A stretch of 64,000 nt of DNA from a virus: IMG/VR virus record IMGVR_UViG_3300042731_007874; one strand, given 5' to 3'. Under the pieces are notes generated by a model. It searched no databases and was not told where the DNA came from. It was given only the letters and a program-made list of their open reading frames with translations. Shown one piece after another: positions 29,032 through 39,389 of this stretch. Made by a program: the position numbers and the translations under genes. The number at the start of each line of letters is the position of its first letter. Within the stretch, counting starts at the first letter, position 1.

Positions 29032-30018
29032 TTATTTTGCTGTGTTAACAACTAACGCTTTTCGGGTTTCTTTATCAAGGGAAGAAAACCTGCTTCTTCC
29101 AATTCCGCCGCAATCATTACATCTAAAAGATTTATATTTACCTGCAGGAGTAATATAACTTCCTCTCCAGTTAAGAGAAGTAGAACCACAATGTCCGCAT
29201 ACAGGTTCTTTGGACTCTAGATAAACTCCAATATTAGGAACAGAAGTAAACCATGGAAGCATTTCAAGAAAGACTTCTTCTAATAATGTAACATCATAGT
29301 TATTATATTCGAGCATTCTCTTTAATGCTTTTCGATTTCCTTGATCACACTGTCTCCATAACTCAAAATCAGTATGTAGCTTTTCTTTTCTGGAGATGAT
29401 CTGAGTTATCCAGTTTAGTTTATGAGATGTAAACCCAAAGGTTTTTCTACTCTGTTCTAAAGTATCTATAACCGCAAATGGAGTTGTTGGCTTCATCTTG
29501 TTACAAAAGAACCTGGCCTTTAGTTTTTTGACATCAAAATGAGTTCCATTATGAGCTACACAAATATCACATTCTTCTAATAGATCCCAGATTCCTTTAA
29601 GGATTCTTTTGTCAGATCTTTGTGGCGCTTCATATGGGGTTAAGATATCTGAATACATTTTTGAATCAAACAACCATTTAGCAGACCAAGATAAAGCACA
29701 CCAGTCCTTAATTATCATTTCTATAGGAATGTTTTGTTTGAATAAACCCCATACATAAGACTGAATAGGCAATGTTTCTATGTCAAAAATAAGTATTTTT
29801 GGAAATGATTTAGAGTTTTTTATTGATTTATTTTCTGTTCTTTTTAAGAACTTACGGATTGCTTCTTTGCTTTTATTAGAGCCAATGAGCTTAAGCTCTT
29901 TTCTTATCTGTTTATAAGAATATCTTTGCCATTTTAGTTTTTTGGCAAGATTGCTTTCTTGTTCAGTCCAGTTCATTATTGTCCTTTCAGTTAAGTAAAC
30001 TTTTAGAGTTGGTTTCAA
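29032..30018 (-). CDS. DEDD/RNase H-like 3'-5' exonuclease with N-terminal HTH and C-terminal zinc ribbon
   Basis: FDIET, HNG..FD, IDTL, YN.YDV; CGHCG...CNDCG. Confidence 0.8.
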   Translation of the reverse strand: MKPTLKVYLTERTIMNWTEQESNLAKKLKWQRYSYKQIRKELKLIGSNKSKEAIRKFLKRTENKSIKNSKSFPKILIFDIETLPIQSYVWGLFKQNIPIEMIIKDWCALSWSAKWLFDSKMYSDILTPYEAPQRSDKRILKGIWDLLEECDICVAHNGTHFDVKKLKARFFCNKMKPTTPFAVIDTLEQSRKTFGFTSHKLNWITQIISRKEKLHTDFELWRQCDQGNRKALKRMLEYNNYDVTLLEEVFLEMLPWFTSVPNIGVYLESKEPVCGHCGSTSLNWRGSYITPAGKYKSFRCNDCGGIGRSRFSSLDKETRKALVVNTAK

Positions 30019-33000
30019 TTATCTCTTTGTATTTATTGGCCTGCACCCACTGAGATTCACTAGTGGTCTCAGATGGGATAAACTCAACAATACAGTCAGA
30101 AAGATGAACTTTAATAGGAGATAGCTCTTTCTTTACAAAAGATGGGTTAATAAGATTATTTATAATAAGTTTAACGATTGGAGGACTATCGTCTTGTTGT
30201 ATCAGTCCAACTCTGGCATCAGCAATAAAGATTCGGTCTTCTTTTGCTTTCTCTTTAACTTTTTCCCAGGTCTTTGGAAAAATAGTTGCATCTAACTTAC
30301 CAGTTTGATCTTCTACAAGGAGAGTTGCATAGTTTTGTTTCTTTTTGGAGCACTTTGTTTTTAAAGAAGAAACAATTATTGGAAGATGAATCTTTTCTTT
30401 ATCTTTAACCTCTCCTGCTTGTAGATCTTTAATCTGGTATTTATAATTCGACAACACCTTAGAATAATCATCTAATGGATGTCCTGTCAAATAGAATCCA
30501 AGTGTTTTGCGTTCTAAACGAAGCCTTTCTTTTCTAGACATCTCTTCTGGTTCTGGCAAAACAAGATCTACTGGTTTGTTTTCTTCTTTCATTTTTGGTA
30601 ATCTTCTTGGTGGTTTATCTCCTCTCTCAACTGCTTCTTTAATTTCTTTATTTCTTACTTCTCGTTTCTTTATTCCTTCTTCCCATTTTAGTTTTCGTTT
30701 TTGTATTGCAATAAGTTCTTCAATGTTTTCAACAATTTGATGGCGGCCAAGAGAAGAAATTCCTTCTAACGCGCCACATTCTGCCAATGCTTCAATATTG
30801 TTTTTTGGTATTTTGTTAATAACTAAATCTGCCAAGGAAGTAAACCCTTCACTTGGTCGTTTCTCTACCAAAGAACTACAAGCTTTTTCTCCTAATCCCT
30901 TTATTCCTGACAAGCCAAAAACAATGGTTCCATTATCAATAGTAAACTTACTATAAGATCTATTTACGTCTGGAGGAACTAACGGAATCTCTTTAGTTCT
31001 AATTGCATAAATATATTTAATAATATCATCTTGATTTTCACAGTTGTTTAAAATAGCTGTATAAAATTCTACAGGATAGTGGGCCTTTAACCATCCAGTC
31101 CAGTATGACAAGAATGAATAGGCACATGCATGTCCAAGACAAAATCCATATGCTGCAAACCCCTCAATCTCTTCAAATAATTTATTAGCTAAACTTTTAT
31201 CAGTTCCATTTTTAATACATCCAGAAATGAATTTTTCTTTTTCTGCTTTCATTTTTTCTGGAATCTTTTTGCCAACTATGCGGCGCATATTATCGGCTTC
31301 TGTATCAGAATAACCTGCAACAGCAATACAGATTCTAGAAATTTGTTCTTGAAAAACAATAAGTCCATAAGTATCTTTTAGTATCTCTTCTAGTTCTGGA
31401 ATATCTAATTTATATTTTTCTCCTTGTCTTCTTTTTATATAGGTTTCTGCAACACCACTAGACAAAGGTCCTGGACGATAGATGGCCGTACATGCAGAGA
31501 GATCTTCTATCTTGTTTGGTTTAACTTGCATGCATAATTCTTTAAATCCAGCTGAGGTCTCAAACTGGAAAATTCCATCTAGGTCACCATTATGAAAAAG
31601 CTTATAGGTTTTAGGATCTCCGTCTTCTAAAGACAATAAGTTAATCTCTTTACCAGTTGTTTCTTTAATAAAGTTTCTGGTATCAGAAATAATTGACAAA
31701 GTTTTTAGTCCCAAGAAGTCAAACTTAACAAGACCAATGTCTTCAATATCCTTCATATCAAACTGGGAAGCAGTTTCTCCATTTCGACCGGCAAATAAAG
31801 GAATAATTTCATTAACGGGGTCATCTGAAATAACAACTCCTGCTGCATGAATCCCCATTTGCATTTTAAGACCTTCTGATTTGCGTGCTAAATCAACTAC
31901 TTCAGGATATTTTGTGTTTAGAAGATCTTTACTTTTTTCTAGTATTTCATTAAACTTTTGTGTTTTTCCTGCAATATCTCCAGGAATTAAACTTGCTAAA
32001 TAATCTTGCACTGAAGGAGAATAGCCTAGCACCCTTGCAAAAGCTCTTAAAGATCCTCTTGGTTTAAATTCTGCATATGTGCCAATTTGAGCAACTTTAT
32101 CAGATCCATATTTTGACATAATATATTTAAGTAATTCATTTCTTCTGTTTCGATCAGCGTCATAGTCAATATCTGGAAGAGAGACTCTAGATTTATTTAG
32201 AAACCGAGAGAAAGGAAGTTTATATTTAATTGGATCTACGTGTGTAATTCTCAAAGAATAACAAACTAAACTAGCAGAACTAGATCCTCTGCCAGGAGAA
32301 GGAGTAAAATTGTTTTGTTCACACCAGTTAGCAAAATCTTGTACTATAAGAAAATAATTTGAGAACCCCATTTCTTTAATCACTTCAAGCTCATAGTCTA
32401 ATCGATTTTGGTATTCTTTTGTTATATTATTAGGAAAACGTTTACATAATCCGGCTTGGGCCAAACTCTTAAGTTCTCCTTCTGCTGATTTATTAGTTGA
32501 TATTTTATATACTGGCCAAATAGTTCTAGAATGATCCCATTCTACGTTACATTTTGATGCAATTTCATTTGTTATATCAAGAGCAGGATAATATTTAGGA
32601 TCAAACATTTCTTCCATTTCGCCGCGACTCTTGAACCAATTTTGATTTGAATCAAATATAAGATCTCCTGATGTTATTTTACATACATGATTATGTAATA
32701 CATGATCTTCTTTATTTTGATAATGGGCGTCTTGAGTAATAACTAAAGGAATATTTATTTCTTCAGAAACAAGTTCTAAGCAATTATTTAATCCAAGCTG
32801 CCAGCTTAAATTATGATTTTGTATTTCTATATAAAAATTATCTTTAAATATTTCTTTAAGAACTTTTGCATGTTTGAGAGCCTGGCTATATTTATCCTCT
32901 AAAATATTAACAGCAATATGACCACTGCCGCATCCAGAAAGCACTACAAGCCCTTCTGAGTGCTCTTTAAGCAGTTCTATATCACAGCGTGGCTTCCCAT

Positions 33001-33364
33001 AATAGAGACCATCTTGCCAGCTTCTGGAGGTTAGTCGAAATATGTTTTTCAAGCCTTCTTTGTTTTTGGCAAAAACAGTTAAATGATAAGAAGTTTTAGA
33101 ATAGTTTTCTAGTCTTTCTTTTGTAAATCTACTTTCTGGGGCAACATATAATTCAATTCCATAGATAGGTTTTATATCTGCTTTTTTGCATTCTTTCTGT
33201 AACTTAAGTAAACCTCCTGCTCTACCATGATCGGTAACAGCAACAGCGGACATTTCAAGACTTTTAGCCTTTGTTACAATCTGTTTTACAGTTTGAATTC
33301 CGTCTTGTGGTGAATAATCTGAGCTAACCTAATGAGTGTGGAGATGAATAAAATTCTTCCCCAC
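29987..33364 (-). CDS. dnaE: DNA polymerase III alpha subunit, with an in-frame TAG at codon 12 of the likely reading frame
   Basis: TDHG, PGRGS, PDID.D, G.HAAG, KFD.LGL..L, FQEQ, GIKGLG. GTG at 33364 with SD AAAGGA gives MGKNFIHLHTH*VSSDYSPQDG in frame with the tracked ATG at 33253. Confidence 0.93.
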
Positions 33365-33368
33365 ACTC
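33334..33368 (-). promoter_or_regulatory. 16-bp stem-loop covering the dnaE GTG start and ending 2 nt before the TAG
   Basis: GAGTGTGGGGAAGAAT-TTT-ATTCATCTCCACACTC: 14 Watson-Crick pairs, 1 G-U pair, 1 mismatch. No U-tract follows. Confidence 0.7.
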
Positions 33369-33405
33369 GTAATTCCTTTCTGATTAGTATTCATTTTTAC
33401 TAAAT

Positions 33406-33597
33406 CTATCCTCTTTCTATATCAAACAATAAGTTTCTTTTAATACATCTTTTTGTTTTTTCTTTTATTCTTTTCTTTATTTCAGCTTCTATACTTTTCG
33501 GAGAACTGCCATAAAGATTTTCAACCATAAATTCCTTATGAATTATTTTAGTTAATTCATCCCAAAGGCTATCTTCTATATTAATTAGTATTTGCAT
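33406..33597 (-). CDS. Small hypothetical protein
   Basis: ORF overlapping its upstream neighbour. Confidence 0.5.
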   Translation of the reverse strand: MQILINIEDSLWDELTKIIHKEFMVENLYGSSPKSIEAEIKKRIKEKTKRCIKRNLLFDIERG

Positions 33598-34078
33598 CTT
33601 TATTATAACGAAAGGTGTGGCTGTCTACGATTATAGGATTATAGCTATTAGATCTTCTAATGATAGATTGAAGAATCTTCAGTTCAGAACGATAGCAAAT
33701 CTTTAGAAAAGGAAAAATTCTTTCTGTTTTCAAATTAACCCCACCTTTATATAAAGTTTTGTTGTACGCCTCGTAAAGACTCCAGCCTAGAGGTATTTCT
33801 CCGGGTTTCACTATACCTGGATTAGTGAAATAGATTCTGTAGTTTCCAACGCCTCTAAAGTATTCTTGTCTTGCTGGTTTCATTTTGTCTTTCAAGAAGT
33901 CTTTACGAGAAGCTTTACATTCAATTAGAATAGAACAGTTACTTTTCCATCCAATTACATCTGGTATCTCTCTAGATAGAGTGTCTGTCGTAAGTTCTTT
34001 AGCAATTATTTTACAACCAATAGTTTTTTGAAGCCAAATAGCAGCTTTATCTACTAATTCTTTGTGTGTAAATTTCAT
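33581..34078 (-). CDS. MmcB-like PD-(D/E)XK nuclease
   Basis: EIPDVIGW....ILIECKASRKDF..D, G.YR.Y, P.GW.L. Confidence 0.7.
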   Translation of the reverse strand: MKFTHKELVDKAAIWLQKTIGCKIIAKELTTDTLSREIPDVIGWKSNCSILIECKASRKDFLKDKMKPARQEYFRGVGNYRIYFTNPGIVKPGEIPLGWSLYEAYNKTLYKGGVNLKTERIFPFLKICYRSELKILQSIIRRSNSYNPIIVDSHTFRYNKDANTN

Positions 34079-34079
34079 T

Positions 34080-34724
34080 TCAGGCTGAAGTTTGATCTGT
34101 TATAAAGTTAACGTTTCCATTTCCCTCAAGATAACAAAAGGAAGTTCCTTTTTGGTCTTTCTCTATTTTATATTCAACTGTTCCATGAAAATCTTTAATA
34201 ATGGTTGCTAGTCTAGAAGAAGATAATTCTTCTACTTTTGGATTGAAACTTAAGACTTCTTTTAGTAAGAAAACTCCTACAAGACCGGCGTCGGCACAAA
34301 AATACCCTAAGACTGAGTTGTTTTCTTTATTAAGTGTAGTACAACCCCAATCTCCATATATTGTTCCTTCCCAAATATAGTTAGTAAAGCCAAAGTTTTC
34401 TAATCCTTCTCCTGTATAAATATTTAACTCGTTTGAATCCCATAGGGTTCTTCCTTCTTTAAATACATCTCCTTTGTCAATATAACAAGGATCTGTAATA
34501 ATAATATCTCCATCAAATCTCTTAATAATTGGATTTGAAATGACAAGTATAGAATTTTGATTTCTTTTAATAAGATTCTTTCCTATTAGTTGACTAACAG
34601 AAGATCTAAATTCTTCTTCTGTATAAAAATGAAAAGTTATAAGATCTTTTTTTAGTTTTTCTTCGTTTGTTTCTATATTTCGTTTCACAATATCAAATAT
34701 TTCTGTTTCTGTATAAGTTAACAT
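34080..34724 (-). CDS. Hypothetical phage protein
   Basis: IIITDPCY...T.YGDW...FCADAGLVGVF pattern; SD AGGAG. Confidence 0.6.
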   Translation of the reverse strand: MLTYTETEIFDIVKRNIETNEEKLKKDLITFHFYTEEEFRSSVSQLIGKNLIKRNQNSILVISNPIIKRFDGDIIITDPCYIDKGDVFKEGRTLWDSNELNIYTGEGLENFGFTNYIWEGTIYGDWGCTTLNKENNSVLGYFCADAGLVGVFLLKEVLSFNPKVEELSSSRLATIIKDFHGTVEYKIEKDQKGTSFCYLEGNGNVNFITDQTSA

Positions 34725-34733
34725 TTTTGTCTC

Positions 34734-34880
34734 CTATCTTAGGCTAAGTTTTATAACTATTAAAAGTACTAAACAAACTAAAAGATCAGAAATAGACCCA
34801 TAGTAAACTAGTGCACCAATTCCTCCACCAAGTACAATAAGCCAAAATATTTTTATTATAAGATCTACTAAATATGGCAT
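34734..34880 (-). CDS. Small two-TM membrane protein (48 aa, not in the ORF track)
   Basis: MPYLVDLIIKIFWLIVLGGGIGALVYYG... translated by hand. Confidence 0.5.
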   Translation of the reverse strand: MPYLVDLIIKIFWLIVLGGGIGALVYYGSISDLLVCLVLLIVIKLSLR

Positions 34881-34890
34881 TATTCTTTCC

Positions 34891-35433
34891 CTATTCAGAA
34901 CTCTTATTTGTTTTTACTAAATTTTTAAATTGTCTTTTTCTCTTAGTTAGTTCTCTCATTAACTTAGCTCTGTATACTTTACTGGTTCTTTGTGCAATGG
35001 TAATTCCATTTAGATGATCTATCTCATGTTGTATTATGCGGGCTTCAAGATCTTGAAATATTTCAATTTGTTCTTTAAAATCTTTGTCTATGTAGTTGAC
35101 AAGAACTTCAGTTGCTCTCTTGATTTCTATTTCTGCTCCCAAGAAACTTAAACAACCTTCTCTTCTTAAATCAGAACCAGAAGAATTAACAATTCTAGGA
35201 TTAATCATAATTTGTTTATAAATTCCAGAATCTATATAAATAATAGGTAATTTATATCCTATCTGTGGCGCGGCAATCCCGTTTGCATTATATTCTTTTA
35301 CTATAGATTTCATCTCATTTATTACAAATGTGACAAACTCTTTAAAAGGTGGATCTTTCTCTATCTCTTCTAGATCTATAGGAACTTGTTCTGACAACAA
35401 AAGTTTATTCGGATAAATAATTAATCTACTCAT
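34891..35433 (-). CDS. def: Peptide deformylase
   Basis: GIAAPQIG, EGCLS, QHEIDHLNG. Start at MSRLII, overlapping the thyX stop. Confidence 0.95.
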   Translation of the reverse strand: MSRLIIYPNKLLLSEQVPIDLEEIEKDPPFKEFVTFVINEMKSIVKEYNANGIAAPQIGYKLPIIYIDSGIYKQIMINPRIVNSSGSDLRREGCLSFLGAEIEIKRATEVLVNYIDKDFKEQIEIFQDLEARIIQHEIDHLNGITIAQRTSKVYRAKLMRELTKRKRQFKNLVKTNKSSE

Positions 35434-35974
35434 TTGACTTCTCCATAGCACAAGGGGTTATCTCAAAACATTTCTGATACCATTCACAAGGTGGTCTCAT
35501 ATAAGAAGCTAATATTTGGTCATATTCGTCTGTTGATTTAGCAAGTTGATCTTTAAATTGTTTAAAGACTTCTCTTGTTTCTTTTGCTGCTTTATTACAG
35601 AGTCTTGCTTTTGCAATGTTTAAGATTGCGTTTACATTTAGATCCAGAACCATATTTATAAGTTTACCTTGTTTCTCTTCGGCGCGGGGGATAAGATTAT
35701 TATTCCTATCATCTCTTTGTGAAAAGATATAAGGCTGAGAACCGATATGATGTCTAGAATAATGAGTTGCGACCCAAGAGGGAACATCATAAATAAAGAG
35801 TCTGTATTCAACAGCTCTTATTGGAGAATGAGGAACTCCTCCTGCAGTGTTCAATAGAGAACTCCATAGCCTGGTAGAAATTGGCTTTAGAGAAGTTATC
35901 TGTCCTCCAGAGGTTGCTTTAATTGTTCCAGAAATATATTTTGGCCCACATTTTCTAATATAGTTAACCTTCAT
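35426..35974 (-). CDS. thyX: Flavin-dependent thymidylate synthase-like protein (phage Thy1 type)
   Basis: HSPIR, VPSWVATH.SRH...P...SQR.DR, RLC..A..ETR, P.C. Start at MKVNY (35974). Confidence 0.72.
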   Translation of the reverse strand: MKVNYIRKCGPKYISGTIKATSGGQITSLKPISTRLWSSLLNTAGGVPHSPIRAVEYRLFIYDVPSWVATHYSRHHIGSQPYIFSQRDDRNNNLIPRAEEKQGKLINMVLDLNVNAILNIAKARLCNKAAKETREVFKQFKDQLAKSTDEYDQILASYMRPPCEWYQKCFEITPCAMEKSNE

Positions 35975-35985
35975 TATTGGTCTCT

Positions 35986-36138
35986 TTAGATTTTTTTGTT
36001 TTCTTTTTGAACATAATCCCAACAGAAACCTTTAACCTTAAATTTGCAGTTCTTACATTCTATAAATATATCAAAAGACTTATCATATCTACCTTTTTGT
36101 TCTTTTGTTTTCCCGCAATTTGGACACTTGATTCTCAT
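35986..36138 (-). CDS. Small zinc-ribbon protein (50 aa, not in the ORF track)
   Basis: MRIKCPNCGK...IECKNC; SD GGAGG. Confidence 0.65.
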   Translation of the reverse strand: MRIKCPNCGKTKEQKGRYDKSFDIFIECKNCKFKVKGFCWDYVQKENKKI

Positions 36139-36147
36139 ATATACCTC

Positions 36148-36780
36148 CTAGAGATCTATTACAATAGGTTTGTTCTTAGGTTTATATTTTCTTGTACAAA
36201 TAGATGCATTTACAAAAGTAGTTTTATTTATAACCTTAATACCATAAGCTTCATGAATATGACCAAAGACATGTAGTTTTAGATTTTTTAGATCTTGTAG
36301 TCTTTCTTCAAGTGTTTTAGATCCGGCTCTATCAAGATCTTCTGTTCTGTCTAAAATATAAAATGGAGGTCCATGAGTAACTAAAATGTCTGTGTTATTT
36401 GGGATGAAGTCCCATAGCTTTCTAAGTTGAATTTCGTCATCTCCCATAAAGGCCCAGTTATAAAAGTTAGGAGTATATGGAGAGCCATAAATTTTTAAAC
36501 CTTCTATTTCGAGAGAGCAGTTTTCTAAGTAAAAAGTATTTTGATCTGTGATTATATTTCTTGCCCAGTCTAAATTATAAAAACACCAATCATGATTTCC
36601 AGCAATAATAATTTTATATTTATGAGGCTGTTTGTTAAGAAATCTTTTAAACCTTACTAAATCAGGAAGTTGTCCAATGTTAGTACAGTCCCCTGCATGG
36701 ATTAAGATATCTCCTTCAGGGATAGAATGCTCCATTTCATCATGAAGAGCATGAGTGTCTGATATACAAACTATACGCAT
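36148..36780 (-). CDS. Calcineurin-like metallophosphoesterase
   Basis: ISDTH, HAGD, GNHD, HGPP, GHIHE. Confidence 0.92.
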   Translation of the reverse strand: MRIVCISDTHALHDEMEHSIPEGDILIHAGDCTNIGQLPDLVRFKRFLNKQPHKYKIIIAGNHDWCFYNLDWARNIITDQNTFYLENCSLEIEGLKIYGSPYTPNFYNWAFMGDDEIQLRKLWDFIPNNTDILVTHGPPFYILDRTEDLDRAGSKTLEERLQDLKNLKLHVFGHIHEAYGIKVINKTTFVNASICTRKYKPKNKPIVIDL

Positions 36781-36789
36781 AATTTTCCT

Positions 36790-37170
36790 TTATAAATACT
36801 TATAGATTACTACAACTTCTTTTTTATTTAAGGTTGTTTGGCCTTTCCATTCGATAATCTCTTTTATGTATCTATCTAATTCTTTAATGTTTTGAAAGTA
36901 ATTTTTTTTTAAATACAAACAAAAGATATATGGTTTTTTTATTAAAGTATATGCTCCATATCTTAATAGGAGATTCTGTGCAAGTTTAGTCCTTGCTTCA
37001 CGTAGATTATTTGCCGAGTCAGAAAGAAATTCTGTTTTAAAATCAAGTACATTATTTTTATTCCTAGAAACAAAAACAATATCACTGTTTTTTCCATATC
37101 TTATTCTTACTAAAGTTCTTATTGTTTTTTCTTTAATCTTGTCTATTGCATCAGAAAGATAATTATTCAT
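36790..37170 (-). CDS. Hypothetical protein
   Basis: ORF in a dense operon. Confidence 0.5.
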   Translation of the reverse strand: MNNYLSDAIDKIKEKTIRTLVRIRYGKNSDIVFVSRNKNNVLDFKTEFLSDSANNLREARTKLAQNLLLRYGAYTLIKKPYIFCLYLKKNYFQNIKELDRYIKEIIEWKGQTTLNKKEVVVIYKYL

Positions 37171-37172
37171 TC

Positions 37173-37553
37173 TTAAACCTCATTATTTGTTTCAACAGTT
37201 AGATTAAAGCCTGCTTGACATGCAGCGCTGACAGAATAGTTTCCGTGACCATGAAATACATTAATGCCCATTTCTTCAGCTAGATCGTTTTCGAATACTG
37301 ATATAGCTGCGTTAAGTTCATCGACATTTCCCTCGGGAATACCAGAATAGTAACCCCAAACATCTCCTTGGAAATCGCTTTGGTCACGAAGATAGCTATA
37401 CCAATTTTCAGCGATCTCTATTATATCACTCCAGTTCTCGGTTTCTTCTGTAGCATTTCCATCTGAAATTATATATATGGTCATTCTCTTACTCTTTTCT
37501 TGTTTGTTAGAGAAAGCTCCAAGGGTTTTTGTTATATGGATTATATATCTCAC
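37173..37553 (-). CDS. Hypothetical protein
   Basis: ORF with SD GAGG. Confidence 0.5.
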   Translation of the reverse strand: MRYIIHITKTLGAFSNKQEKSKRMTIYIISDGNATEETENWSDIIEIAENWYSYLRDQSDFQGDVWGYYSGIPEGNVDELNAAISVFENDLAEEMGINVFHGHGNYSVSAACQAGFNLTVETNNEV

Positions 37554-37578
37554 CTCTATGGTCTTTTTGATCTTCTTC

Positions 37579-37794
37579 TTATGTTTCTATAGAAGCTTCT
37601 TCTACTAATCTTAAAAGACAAAGAGGCCAGTTAACATAAGGACTATTTTGTTTTAAATATTCTTTAGAAAAAGAATCGAGTTTTATTTGTGCAGTATTAG
37701 GTAAAAGATTATATATTTGGCCATATCCTCGTAAATGATCAGAAGAATCTATAAGTGCAACTATATCTCCAATTTCAAATTTTCTTGTTTCCAT
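37579..37794 (-). CDS. Small SH3/KOW-like hypothetical protein
   Basis: KFEIGDIV...G.G.I pattern. Confidence 0.45.
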   Translation of the reverse strand: METRKFEIGDIVALIDSSDHLRGYGQIYNLLPNTAQIKLDSFSKEYLKQNSPYVNWPLCLLRLVEEASIET

Positions 37795-37800
37795 TTTTAT

Positions 37801-38028
37801 TTAATCCCAACGTCTTTCGCAAGCTAAGTCAAATGGGTCTGGAGATTCAGGATAGTTAGCAGGATATAATTTTACATCATTAGGATTGACCATTTCGCAT
37901 TCTTCTTTAGTACCAAACCAATATCCGATCATTGGATTCTCACCATATCCGCTACCGTTATCATCGTCTGTATAAACTTCAGCTCTCCAGCCACCCTCAC
38001 CACATATTACCTGTTTTATCTTTGTCAT
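37801..38028 (-). CDS. Hypothetical protein
   Basis: SD AGGAG. Confidence 0.5.
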   Translation of the reverse strand: MTKIKQVICGEGGWRAEVYTDDDNGSGYGENPMIGYWFGTKEECEMVNPNDVKLYPANYPESPDPFDLACERRWD

Positions 38029-38045
38029 GTTGTTTGTTTCTCCTT

Positions 38046-38630
38046 TTAAATCCTTTCAAGTATAATTCTAGACCAGTTTTCTAGGTTGGGTTCTTTTAAA
38101 AGTTCTTCTTTGGTTTTCCATGAAATATTTTTCAATTCTTTAGCTCGCGGGAGTGGAAGAAAGTCAATCTCTATTTGTAAAACAACCCCAAAATGAACTC
38201 TTCCTACACTGTCTGATGGATCATATAATAGCCCTATTGTTTCTCCTCTATAATGAAACTCTTGCTTTAATATAACTTCTTCATCGATTTCGCGCTTTGC
38301 GCAGTTAAATATGACATATCTACTATCTTTGTCTTTAAAGTCTATTGGATTTATATGTCCACCAATACCGATAGAAGTCTTGTTATGAAGTCGAGTTTCT
38401 CTACTTGTTTTAGAGCGCTGATAAGAAAGTATTTTATCTTCATTTACAAAGACAACATATGGAATTATCTGAAGATAATCTTCATTCTTTTCTGCTTTTT
38501 CTCTATCCATAAAGAAAGAGGTAGGTAGAACATTATCAAAAAAGTTCAAGATAGAATTATTATCTTTATAACAAAACTTAAAGGTTAAATTTTCTAAAAG
38601 TTTTTTCTGAAAGACTAAAACTTGCTCCAT
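38046..38630 (-). CDS. Nudix-family phosphoesterase (COG4112-like)
   Basis: AE.N..Y.QIIPY, SIGIGGHIN, REIDEEV, VGRVHFG. Confidence 0.85.
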   Translation of the reverse strand: MEQVLVFQKKLLENLTFKFCYKDNNSILNFFDNVLPTSFFMDREKAEKNEDYLQIIPYVVFVNEDKILSYQRSKTSRETRLHNKTSIGIGGHINPIDFKDKDSRYVIFNCAKREIDEEVILKQEFHYRGETIGLLYDPSDSVGRVHFGVVLQIEIDFLPLPRAKELKNISWKTKEELLKEPNLENWSRIILERI

Positions 38631-38776
38631 TAACGAATCCTCCTAATAATAAAAACAAATACTAAAATTATAACAGTTGTAAATAATAACCATTTGAGTA
38701 ATAGTCCAACAAAAATTCCTATAAACAAACTAACTATAAATAATAATAGAAATAATTTGAATTTTTCTTTATACAT
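38630..38776 (-). CDS. Small two-TM membrane protein (48 aa, not in the ORF track)
   Basis: MYKEKFKLFLLLFIVSLFIGIFVGLLL...IIRRIR, translated by hand; overlaps both neighbours. Confidence 0.5.
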   Translation of the reverse strand: MYKEKFKLFLLLFIVSLFIGIFVGLLLKWLLFTTVIILVFVFIIRRIR

Positions 38777-39389
38777 TTTTCTCTAAATCTTTTTTAAATT
38801 GTTGAATATAACCCCAAACTTTTTGTTTCTTTTCTATTTGTTTCTCTGACCACTTTGATAAATGTAAAATACTAGCTGGGTGTGTCATTACAAATATAGG
38901 GATTTGCTTATAAATATAATTAACCCATTTTCCTTCATAATCTCTCATTTTTAATTTAGGGTTTCTTGATAATTGACAAAGAGCAGTTCTTCCACAAGCA
39001 ATTATTACTTTTGGATCTATAATCTCTATAAATTCATCTAAATATTGACGACATTTCTTTAAAGATTCTTCTGGGGGAGATAGATTTTGTCTTCCTGATT
39101 CTCTTGGAGCGACTGGTCTACATAAAATAGAATTTGTCAGAATCATATCTTTGTTGGTGTCTATATCTATGGCAGCCATAATCTTGTCGAGAAGCTGCCC
39201 AGCAGGTTCTACAAACGGCTTCTGTTGCTCTTGCTCTACCTTTCCTAATCCTTCGCCGACCAGCAACAGAGAAGATTCTGGATTGCCTCTGTAAAGAACA
39301 GGAGGTCCTCCATCTTTATGGAGAGAACAATTTTTACATTCTTTTACATATTTTTCTAGATCTTTAATTTTTTCTAATTTAGTTTTCAT
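38769..39389 (-). CDS. Family 4 (Fe-S) uracil-DNA glycosylase-like protein
   Basis: CxxC, VGEG.G, PFV.PAG.LL, TN..LCRP, C, HPA. Confidence 0.85.
   Translation of the reverse strand: MKTKLEKIKDLEKYVKECKNCSLHKDGGPPVLYRGNPESSLLLVGEGLGKVEQEQQKPFVEPAGQLLDKIMAAIDIDTNKDMILTNSILCRPVAPRESGRQNLSPPEESLKKCRQYLDEFIEIIDPKVIIACGRTALCQLSRNPKLKMRDYEGKWVNYIYKQIPIFVMTHPASILHLSKWSEKQIEKKQKVWGYIQQFKKDLEKNV

Noticed and set aside
31120-31160. DnaE YGFCLGHA (usually YGFNKSH) as an intein scar
   Set aside because: No length change and no Hint-domain sequence; simple divergence explains it.
33324-33332. The dnaE insert TTAGGTTAG resembles a TTAGG telomeric repeat
   Set aside because: Under two units in an AT-rich genome, not seen as an array elsewhere; likely coincidence.
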